Source of the DNA: an uncultured bacterium | GTDB lineage: Bacteria > Verrucomicrobiota > Kiritimatiellia > PWTM01 | Direction of reading: 5' to 3' | Assembly: GCA_963744655.1 (NCBI GenBank) | Contig: CAVUUJ010000001.1 | Span: 335,835-399,834 of the forward strand | DNA length: 64,000 nucleotides | The notes under the pieces: model-generated | Seen by the model: the letters and a program-made list of their open reading frames with translations, nothing else | The model's database searches: none | Told to the model about the DNA's origin: nothing | Shown here: positions 57,465-64,000 of the stretch, one piece after another | Position numbering within the stretch: the first letter of the stretch is position 1 | Layout: each line of letters opens with the position of its first letter | Program-made: the position numbers and the translations under genes

Positions 57465-57803
57465 ATGACGAAGTCGGGGACCGAGGTCATTACGTTCAAG
57501 GCGGACCGGGAGCTGTCGCGTGCGATGCGAGGCATCCCGAACCGGTCGGCATTCATTCGTACGGCGATCCTGGGCGCGCTCGACAGCGCGTGCCCGCTGT
57601 GCCGCGGTACCGGGGTGCTCACGCCGTCACAGAAAGGGCACTGGGACGCCTTTGCGGCCACGCACGCGATGGAGGAGTGCGGCGACTGCCACGCCGTGCA
57701 CCTGGTCTGCGAAGCCGGAGGGCCGTCCGGCGCCGTACATCCGTCTGCCGCGGCGCGCGGGGAAGCGGCGCCGCGAACGGCCGCGCGGGGGGACGGGGCA
57801 TGA
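57465..57803 (+). CDS. Ribbon-helix-helix (CopG-like) protein with a Cys/His-rich C-terminal domain; putative metal-responsive regulator
   Basis: GAAGGGAGGG lies upstream of the ATG. VITFKADRELSRAMRGIPNRSAFIRTAILGAL is an RHH pattern, followed by CPLCRGTG (CxxCxGxG) ... H ... H ... CGDCH..H..C. The stop overlaps the znuA start (ATGA at 57800-57803). Confidence 0.65.
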   Translation: MTKSGTEVITFKADRELSRAMRGIPNRSAFIRTAILGALDSACPLCRGTGVLTPSQKGHWDAFAATHAMEECGDCHAVHLVCEAGGPSGAVHPSAAARGEAAPRTAARGDGA

Positions 57804-58660
57804 GCCGGTCGCTCGGCAGGCGCATATTGTGTGCCGCGTCGCTCGCCGCCGCGGCTTGCGGGGCGGGCACGGCGGGCGCGGCGGACGAACCGCTGGGCGT
57901 GGCGGTGAGCATCGCGCCGCAGCGCTGGCTGGTCGAACGGATCGGCGGGCCGCGCGTGGCCGTCACGGTACTGGTGCCGGCGGGTGCCGATCCGCACGTG
58001 TTCGAACCGACCGCGCGGCAGATGACCGCGCTGGCTCACGCCCGGCTCCTTTTCGCCGTGGGGATGCCGTTCGAGCCGGCCCTCGTGCCGCGCCTCCGGG
58101 CCGTCAACCCGCGCCTGCGGGTCGTGGACGTGCGCGGCGAGCGGCAGCGGGAGAGCGACGGACACGGGGGCGGCGAGGACCCCCACACCTGGCTGGACGT
58201 GCGCCAGGCCATGGGCCACGCGCGCGTGATGGCGGCCGCGCTCGCCGCGGAGGACCCCGGGGGACGCGCCGCGTACGAGGCCGGCCTGAACGGACTGCTG
58301 CGCGAGCTCGCCGCGCTGGACGACCGACTCCACGCGACGCTGGCGGCCGTGAAGGGCCGTTCGTTCCTGGTGCTGCACCCGGCGTGGGGCCACTTCGCCG
58401 GGGCCTACGGGCTCGTGCAGCGCGCCGTCGAGCAGGAGGGCAAGCCGCCCTCGGCGCGGCAGCTCGCGCGGCTGGTCGACGGGGCGCGCGCCGAGGGCGT
58501 GCGGGCGGTGTTCGTCGAGCCGCAGTTCAGCCCGCGCGCGGCGCGCGCGCTCGCCAACGAGATCGGCGCGGACGTGGTCGTGATCGATCCGCTTTCCGCC
58601 GACTACGCCGCCAACCTGGAGCGCGTGGCGCGAACCCTCGCGGAATGGCTGGCGCCGTGA
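57800..58660 (+). CDS. znuA: Periplasmic metal-binding protein, ZnuA/TroA family (cluster 9 SBP)
   Basis: It has a signal peptide, ADPHVFEPT, a short His/acidic loop ESDGHGGGEDPHTWLD, and HPAWGHF. It is followed by the ABC ATPase and permease genes. Confidence 0.8.
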   Translation: MSRSLGRRILCAASLAAAACGAGTAGAADEPLGVAVSIAPQRWLVERIGGPRVAVTVLVPAGADPHVFEPTARQMTALAHARLLFAVGMPFEPALVPRLRAVNPRLRVVDVRGERQRESDGHGGGEDPHTWLDVRQAMGHARVMAAALAAEDPGGRAAYEAGLNGLLRELAALDDRLHATLAAVKGRSFLVLHPAWGHFAGAYGLVQRAVEQEGKPPSARQLARLVDGARAEGVRAVFVEPQFSPRAARALANEIGADVVVIDPLSADYAANLERVARTLAEWLAP

Positions 58661-59466
58661 AGGGGACGCCCGAGCGGCCCGCGGTGATCGAAGTGCGCGA
58701 CGTGTGCTTCGGCTACGGCGCGGACGAGACGCTGCACAACGTCGGTTTCAAGGTCCGGGCACGCGACATGGTCGCGGTGGTGGGGCCGAACGGCGGCGGC
58801 AAGACGACGCTGCTGCGGCTGCTGCTCGGCCTGCTCGCCCCGCGGTGGGGGACGGTGCGCGTGCTGGGCGGGGATCCCCGGCGGGCGAGCCGCCGCATCG
58901 GCTACGTGCCGCAGCGGCTGGAGTGCGACCCGCGGTTCCCGGTGACGGTGTCCGACGTGGTGTCGATGGGCCGCGTGGAAGCCCACCGCTTCGGGCCGTA
59001 CCGCGCCGCCGACCGCGGGGCCGTCGAGCGCGCGCTTGCACAGGTGGGCATGGAAGGCCTCGCGCGCCGGCCGTTTGCGCGGCTCTCCGGGGGCGAGCGG
59101 CAGCGCGTGCTGATCGCCCAGGCCCTCGTGTCGGACCCGGCGGTCCTGCTGCTCGACGAGCCCACGGCCAATGTCGATCCGGCGGCAGAGCACCGGCTCT
59201 TCGAGCTGTTCCGCGCGCTCAACGAACGGCTGACGCTCATGCTCGTCTCGCACAACGTCAACGTCGTGACCCGGCACGTGAGCCACGTGCTGTGCGTGAA
59301 CCGCACGGCGGAGATGCATCCGATCGAGGCCTTGCTCTCGTCCGAGTTCCGCGAGTCCTACGGCGGGGAGATGGCCGTCATCCTCCACGACGTGCAGTGC
59401 CACGTCGTGGACCGCTCGCGCGTGCTGGCGACCGGCCACCGCGGGGAAGCCGGGGAGGGCCGCTGA
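58657..59466 (+). CDS. znuC: Metal ABC transporter ATP-binding protein
   Basis: The GTG start overlaps the znuA stop (GTGA). Walker A is GPNGGGKTT, the signature is LSGGERQRVLIAQAL, and Walker B is LLLDEP. Confidence 0.85.
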   Translation: MKGTPERPAVIEVRDVCFGYGADETLHNVGFKVRARDMVAVVGPNGGGKTTLLRLLLGLLAPRWGTVRVLGGDPRRASRRIGYVPQRLECDPRFPVTVSDVVSMGRVEAHRFGPYRAADRGAVERALAQVGMEGLARRPFARLSGGERQRVLIAQALVSDPAVLLLDEPTANVDPAAEHRLFELFRALNERLTLMLVSHNVNVVTRHVSHVLCVNRTAEMHPIEALLSSEFRESYGGEMAVILHDVQCHVVDRSRVLATGHRGEAGEGR

Positions 59467-59467
59467 G

Positions 59468-60316
59468 ATGGGCGCCTTCCTGCACGACGCCTCGCAGTAC
59501 GCCTTCCTCCAGTACGCGCTCGCCGCCGCGGTGCTCGCCTCGGTGGCGGCCGGCACGGTGGGCAGCTACGTGGTGGCTCGCCGCACGACGTACACCGCCG
59601 GCGCCATCTCGCACTGCCTCCTGGGGGGCATGGGCGCGGCCCGGTACTTCCAGCGGGTCCACGGCGTGGCCTGGCTGACGCCGATGCACGGCGCGGTGGC
59701 TGCGGCGTTGCTCGCCGCGCTGCTGATCGGCGGGCTGAACGCGCGCGGCCGGCACCGTGGCGACACGGTGCTCAGCGCGGTGTGGGCGCTGGGCATGGCG
59801 GTCGGCGTCTCGTTCATGGCCGCCACGCCGGGCTACCACGAGGACCTGATGAGCTACCTCTTCGGGAACATCCTCATGGTGACGCCCGGCGACCTCGGCC
59901 TGATGGCGGCGCTGGACGCGGCGATCGTGGTCTGCGTCCTGCTCGTGCACGACCGGTTCCTGGTCATCGGGTTCAACCCGGAGCTGGCGCGGCTGCGCGG
60001 TCTGTGCGTGGGGTGGTACGAGTCGCTGCTGCTGATCCTGACGGCGCTCACGGTGGTCCTGCTGGTCAAGGTGGTCGGGGTCGTTCTCGCGATCGCGCTG
60101 CTCTCCCTGCCGCCGGCGGCGGCGGGGCTGTTCACGCGGAGGCTCGGGACGATGATGATCGGCGGGGTGGCCGTGGCCCTCGTCGTCACGGTGGGCGGCC
60201 TCGCCCTGAGCTACGCGCCCGACTGGCCCGCCGGCGCTACGATCGCGGAGCTGGCGGGGCTGGTCTATCTCCTGGCCGCGGGGGCCCGCCGGCTGCCCGT
60301 CTTCCGGGGCGGCTGA
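59468..60316 (+). CDS. znuB: Metal ABC transporter permease
   Basis: 282 aa, polytopic, of the ABC-3 family type (YAFLQYALAAAVL..., LLSLPPAAA). Confidence 0.85.
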   Translation: MGAFLHDASQYAFLQYALAAAVLASVAAGTVGSYVVARRTTYTAGAISHCLLGGMGAARYFQRVHGVAWLTPMHGAVAAALLAALLIGGLNARGRHRGDTVLSAVWALGMAVGVSFMAATPGYHEDLMSYLFGNILMVTPGDLGLMAALDAAIVVCVLLVHDRFLVIGFNPELARLRGLCVGWYESLLLILTALTVVLLVKVVGVVLAIALLSLPPAAAGLFTRRLGTMMIGGVAVALVVTVGGLALSYAPDWPAGATIAELAGLVYLLAAGARRLPVFRGG

Positions 60317-60321
60317 CGTCG

Positions 60322-60368
60322 TTCCAAGGGTTGGAAGCCTCCTCGCGGGAAGGTTCCAAGGCTTGGAA
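60322..60368. repeat. Pair of TTCCAA-N3-TTGGAA hairpin motifs (locus B)
   Basis: TTCCAAGGGTTGGAA at 60322-60336 and TTCCAAGGCTTGGAA at 60354-60368, 32 nt apart. The flank CCGTGT/ACACGG and a nearby GGGCGG are shared with locus A. Confidence 0.7.
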
Positions 60369-60470
60369 ACACGGGCGGAAGTGCTTACCGCCCGTACGGC
60401 GCCCCGGCCTGGGTGACGCCACGACAACACCCTAGACCACGAGGCGTTACCCTTTCTGTCCCCTGTGTTG

Positions 60471-60512
60471 TGACAACGCATAGCTTCACGATCGTGAAGC
60501 CATGCGTTATCA
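60471..60512. repeat. 42-bp near-perfect palindrome in a lower-GC convergent intergenic region
   Basis: TGACAACGCATAGCTTCACGA|TCGTGAAGCCATGCGTTATCA. The arms match at 19 of 21 positions around a central GATC, and the core CTTCACGATCGTGAAG is perfect. Confidence 0.75.
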
Positions 60513-60679
60513 GGATGTTAACGAATAGGGCAGGTGTTGCAGATGTTGCGGGCGATGCGGCAGGCGGCGTGCAGGCCGGGGGCGCCATGCGGATTGGGGG
60601 AGCTGTGAGGGCCGGGGATCACGGGGGCCGGAGGCGGTGTGCCGGCTGGGGCGGCGGGAGGGTTGGGCGTCGCAGCGGG

Positions 60680-61411
60680 TCAGGGGGTGTCGCGGGGCGC
60701 GGCGGGGTCGGCCGGGGCGATGAGTGCGCGGGACCGGTCGAGGAGGGCGCGGGACCGGGCGGGAACGGCGGCGTAGGCGGCGGCGGTGTCGGCCGCCGCG
60801 CGCCGGGCGAAGTGGCGCAGGGTGGGCGGCGTGAGGGCCACGATGCCCAGGGCGATGCCGAGGACGTTGAACAGGTAGATGACCGTGTACGAGAACAGGC
60901 GGCCCTCGCGGGCGATGTCGCTCTGGTGCGTGAGCAGCATCTGCACGGTGAACGTGAGGTGAAACCCCCAGGCAAGACCTATGAGGCCGAGCCAGAAGGG
61001 CTCGTAGTCGCGCACGTTGCCCACCCGCGCGAGGGCGTTGTAGAGGGCGACGACGAGCAGGGCGTAGAGGGGGAAGAAGTACGGCGCGAGGGTAACGAGG
61101 AAGTGCGAGCGGCTGACCCCCACCCGCCCGCTCGCGGCGCCCACCCGGATGGACGTTACGCGCACGCCGAGCAGGAGCGCCCAGAGGGCGTGGGTGAGTT
61201 CGTGGGCGAAGATGTAGGACAGGGTGGGGCGGGGCAGGCAGAAGTAGAGCGCAACCCACAGCCCGAGTCCGACGAGCAGGGCGGCGAGCGAGCGCGCCGA
61301 GGCGGCGTCCGGCTGCGCCGCGAGCGAAACCGCAAGCCCGGCCAGGGAACGGGTGACCCCGACGCACGCGGGCAGGAGGAGCAGGCCGGCGAGCCACTTC
61401 AGGGACCGCAC
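60680..61411 (-). CDS. Membrane metalloprotease-like protein (HExxH, M50B/DUF3267-like)
   Basis: Polytopic, with YIFAHELTHALWALLLG (HExxH in a TM helix). A GTG start at 61411 is assumed, overlapping the upstream kinase gene by 13 nt. Confidence 0.55.
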   Translation of the reverse strand: MRSLKWLAGLLLLPACVGVTRSLAGLAVSLAAQPDAASARSLAALLVGLGLWVALYFCLPRPTLSYIFAHELTHALWALLLGVRVTSIRVGAASGRVGVSRSHFLVTLAPYFFPLYALLVVALYNALARVGNVRDYEPFWLGLIGLAWGFHLTFTVQMLLTHQSDIAREGRLFSYTVIYLFNVLGIALGIVALTPPTLRHFARRAAADTAAAYAAVPARSRALLDRSRALIAPADPAAPRDTP

Positions 61412-62724
61412 GAGAGCCGCTCCTCCCTGGCCAGCCGCCGCCGCGTCCACCGCTCGATGCGCTTCACGACGGACGCCCGGAGCAACGCGGGCTCGTGGCG
61501 CGCCATCCGCGCGAGGAACTCGCACCGTTCGTCGCGGGGGACGGCGTGCGCGACCGAACCGTTGAGCTGGACGAGGTTTCGCACGAGGCGCCCGCGCCCG
61601 GGCCGCACGCCGCACCGGACGCATTCGAGGTCGATCAGCAGCAGGTCCGCGTCGCGGTCGCCGCGCTCGCGGAGGAGCAGGTTCGTCGCCTTCGTGTCGG
61701 CGTGGTAGATCCCCGAGCGGCGGAGCCGGACGAGCAGGCGCCGCACGGCGGCGGCCACGCGCCGGCGCGCGGGCGCGTCGGCGGCGGTGGGGTGCTGTTC
61801 GGCCCAGGCGCGCAGCGTCGCCGTGCGCTCCTCGAAGGCGCAGAGGTAGTAGCTCCGCAGCAGCAGGCCGCCGCGGCGCACTTCGAGGAAGCCGAGCGGC
61901 CTGGGCGTGGGCAGGCCGGCGCCGAGCAGGGCGCGGGCGGCCGCGTAGGCGCGTCGCCCGTGGGAGAGGCGCCACAGGTAGCGGAGGCGCCGCAGTCGGC
62001 CCGTCAGCTCATACCGCTTGATCACCGCGTCCGTGCCGAGCAGGGGGACGCGGAGGACCCTGGGCGGGGCGCCGGGTCGGCCGGCGGGCTTGAGCACGTG
62101 CGCTTCCGCGGCGGACCCGGCGGACTCGACGGCGCGCGCCAGCTCGTCGAGCCCGAGGTGCGGGTCGGGATGCCAGAAGCCCGACAGGGGGGTGTGCGGC
62201 GGGGAGCCGGCGGCCGGGTTGCGGTAGCGGAGTTCATGGAGGAAGCGCTGGCCGGAGCGGAACCGGCCCTGCTCGCGCGCGGTGCGGACCGCTTCGGAGG
62301 CGAGCAGGCGCGCGGTGTCGCGCGCCGACCCGGCGGCACCTGCCAGTTCCTGCACGAAGAACCGGGCTTCCGAGGGAAGGAGGATCTCCTCGACGTCCGG
62401 CATCCACGCCGCGAGGGCCTGCACGAGGGCCGGCGGCGTCACGGCGGGGTGCGGGGCGGCGACGTCGGGTTCCGCCGCGGCGCCGGCTGTGTCGGGGAGC
62501 GGCAGCAGGAGGTCGTCGGCGGGCAGGAGGCTGAGGTCGGCGCCGCGGGCCCACCGCGCGCTCAGCAGGAGGGCGCCCGCGCGCAGGCGGGCGCGGCGTT
62601 CGCGTCGGGGGAGGGCAGGCCAGCGCGTCCGGAGGGCGCACCACCGGTCGTCCCCGCGCGCGTCGTCCTCGCGGTCCGGGGCGGGACCGGGCGGCATCGG
62701 GGTGGCGGGGTGGGCGTGTGGCAT
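61399..62724 (-). CDS. Lipopolysaccharide-kinase (Kdo/WaaP/RIO-like) family protein with an N-terminal domain of unknown function
   Basis: The C-terminal half has VIKRY (Lys), a catalytic loop GIYHADTKATNLLL, and LIDLE. The start is taken at ATG 62724 (MPHAHP), because the longer track ORF would run through the rpsT promoter. Confidence 0.65.
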   Translation of the reverse strand: MPHAHPATPMPPGPAPDREDDARGDDRWCALRTRWPALPRRERRARLRAGALLLSARWARGADLSLLPADDLLLPLPDTAGAAAEPDVAAPHPAVTPPALVQALAAWMPDVEEILLPSEARFFVQELAGAAGSARDTARLLASEAVRTAREQGRFRSGQRFLHELRYRNPAAGSPPHTPLSGFWHPDPHLGLDELARAVESAGSAAEAHVLKPAGRPGAPPRVLRVPLLGTDAVIKRYELTGRLRRLRYLWRLSHGRRAYAAARALLGAGLPTPRPLGFLEVRRGGLLLRSYYLCAFEERTATLRAWAEQHPTAADAPARRRVAAAVRRLLVRLRRSGIYHADTKATNLLLRERGDRDADLLLIDLECVRCGVRPGRGRLVRNLVQLNGSVAHAVPRDERCEFLARMARHEPALLRASVVKRIERWTRRRLAREERLSCGP

Positions 62725-62735
62725 GGCTGAAAGGG

Positions 62736-62763
62736 TTGACTTCGCGACGGTGCCGCCTAGTAT
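62736..62763 (+). promoter_or_regulatory. Sigma-70-type promoter candidate for rpsT
   Basis: TTGACT-16 nt-TAGTAT, about 80 nt upstream of the rpsT ATG. Confidence 0.45.
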
Positions 62764-62842
62764 GTCACGCCTTTGGGCACTGACAAGAGCAGCCCTGCGG
62801 GGCCGGACCTCCGGCCGGGCCGCGGTGACGGGAGCGAGAAGC

Positions 62843-63136
62843 ATGCCGAATATCAAGAGTGCGGGGAAGCGGATGCGCAACGCGGAGAAGTCGCGGCAGC
62901 AGAACAAGGGTGTGCGGTCCGTCGTCAGGACGGCGCGCGCGGCGTTGCTGGAGGGTGAGGCCGATTGCCCTGCGACGGAGGCCGCCTACCGCGCGTACTG
63001 CTCGGTGCTGGACAAGGCCGTGAAGAAGGGCGTCATGGCCCGCAACGCGGCGACCCGGCGCAAGACGCGGGCGGCAAACCGTCTCCGCAAGGCCAAGGTT
63101 GCTACGGCCGCCCCGGCCGAAGCCGCGGGTGCCTGA
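62843..63136 (+). CDS. rpsT: 30S ribosomal protein S20
   Basis: 97 aa starting MPNIKSAGKRMRNAEKSRQQNK. It is basic and helical, with GVMARNAATRRKTRAANRL. Confidence 0.92.
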   Translation: MPNIKSAGKRMRNAEKSRQQNKGVRSVVRTARAALLEGEADCPATEAAYRAYCSVLDKAVKKGVMARNAATRRKTRAANRLRKAKVATAAPAEAAGA

Positions 63137-63167
63137 AGCGTCCGCGTCGAGCGGCGCGCGGGCTTGA

Positions 63168-63701
63168 TCAGCGCCAGCTCTCGACGATGCTCTCGACGAG
63201 ATCGTGCGCGAGGTCGCGCGCCGCCGTCGGCAGGGCGGAGCGCTTGGCCGAGGCGAGATCCGCGACGACGTCGACCGTCGCTTCGCCCTCCACGTTCGGA
63301 CTCTCCGCGAGGACCTCGCCGGTGCCCGCATCGGTCATGACGAACGAAGCGGTCAGGATGATCCGGTACTCGTTCGGCCGCGCGTCGCGGTCGCGGCTGT
63401 AGGAAATGGGGGTCAGGGTGTACCGCTCCAGGGTGACCTTGAGCAGCGCGTCGGCCTCTTCCTTGCCCACGACGCGCAGCGACGCGTCGGTCTGGAGCCG
63501 CGTGATGGTTTCGCGGGTGGCGTCGACCTCGACCAGCGGTTCGTCGGTGCGGTTGACGAACGTGGGCACGCACACGGTCCGGACGGTCGGCGGGAGCATC
63601 GTGCCGAGCTGGTAGCCCGTGCATCCCGCCGCGAGGCTAATCGCGACCGAGAGGGCGGTCAGGCTCGCCGGCCGGCGACGCATCTTCGGGATTGGGTTCA
63701 T
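63168..63701 (-). CDS. LptE-like outer-membrane lipoprotein
   Basis: The lipobox is LSVAISLAAGC|TGYQLG. It is about 175 aa, with V.VP.F.N.T and ADALL.V.L patterns reminiscent of LptE. The start overlaps the upstream gene's tail. Confidence 0.5.
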   Translation of the reverse strand: MNPIPKMRRRPASLTALSVAISLAAGCTGYQLGTMLPPTVRTVCVPTFVNRTDEPLVEVDATRETITRLQTDASLRVVGKEEADALLKVTLERYTLTPISYSRDRDARPNEYRIILTASFVMTDAGTGEVLAESPNVEGEATVDVVADLASAKRSALPTAARDLAHDLVESIVESWR

Positions 63702-64000
63702 CGTGTTCTATGTCCCCCAGCGTCTGCTGCAACTCCTGTATACGCCGCTCGGCGCCCGGTGTCCATTCCGACCGCGGGAAGCGACGCACGAAGAGGCGGT
63801 AGGCCTCCAGCGCCGCGGCGGGTTTTCGCGCGGTGCGTTCGTAGAAGGCGGCACGGTCGAACGCGCGATGGGCGCGCCGGGCGTGGATCTCGTCGCGCCA
63901 GGCGCGGGCCCGCCCGTGGCCGGCGGTTTCGGGGTGCTGCTGCACGTAGCGGTCGAGGGCGGCCCAGGCTTCCGCGGCCAGCGGGTCGTCCTCGGGCGAC
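63637..64000 (-). CDS. TPR/BamD(YfiO)-like protein, C-terminal fragment (5' end outside the window)
   Basis: The frame is open to the window end: ...AAEAWAALDRYVQQHPETAGHGRARAWRDEIHARRAHRAFDRAAFYERTARKPAAALEAYRLFVRRFPRSEWTPGAERRIQEL. Confidence 0.45.
   Translation of the reverse strand, partial: SPEDDPLAAEAWAALDRYVQQHPETAGHGRARAWRDEIHARRAHRAFDRAAFYERTARKPAAALEAYRLFVRRFPRSEWTPGAERRIQELQQTLGDIEHDEPNPEDASPAGEPDRPLGRD

Overview
This is a very GC-rich bacterial chromosome segment. I did not compute the exact GC content, but third codon positions are almost all G/C. The gene content resembles a diderm of the PVC group (Verrucomicrobia/Kiritimatiellae-like). That placement is an inference from the ECF sigma/anti-sigma type, the prepilin-type proteins and the GH130 enzyme.

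Layout:
(i) 1-6.2 kb, minus strand: a type IV pilus/T2SS-like cluster with a prepilin, a platform protein, two GspE/PilB-type ATPases and PilT. The frames of all but the prepilin are broken by many 1-nt indels.
(ii) 6.3-19.4 kb, minus strand: a soluble NAD(P)-linked [NiFe] hydrogenase operon, hoxF-hoxU-hoxY-hoxH-hoxW. It is followed by a receiver-only response regulator and by hypF, hypC, hypD, hypE and hypA, interleaved with unrelated genes.
(iii) 19.8-45 kb: housekeeping and envelope genes. These are two large membrane proteins, an ArfB-like factor, RseP-CdsA-UppS-PurA, PyrH-Frr, a TPR protein, a CHASE2 nucleotide cyclase plus an MBL hydrolase, serine acetyltransferase, Bcp, a GH130 phosphorylase, an ECF sigma/anti-sigma pair and ProRS.
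(iv) 45.3-56.6 kb: one uninterrupted 11.4-kb gene for a 3,789-aa secreted repeat protein ending in a gingipain-like C25 peptidase domain. Its start overlaps the stop codon of an upstream Fur-family regulator.
(v) A divergent operon of a small RHH/Cys-His regulator plus znuA-znuC-znuB.
(vi) An LPS-kinase-family gene overlapping an M50B-like membrane protease gene, then rpsT, an LptE-like lipoprotein and a BamD-like fragment.

I recognised no rRNA, tRNA, CRISPR array, transposase or integrase. Most of the very long ORFs in the six-frame track are off-frame or antisense artefacts of the GC bias. The main candidate for something undescribed is the Fur-coupled mega-protein with the C-terminal C25 peptidase next to the metal-uptake operon.
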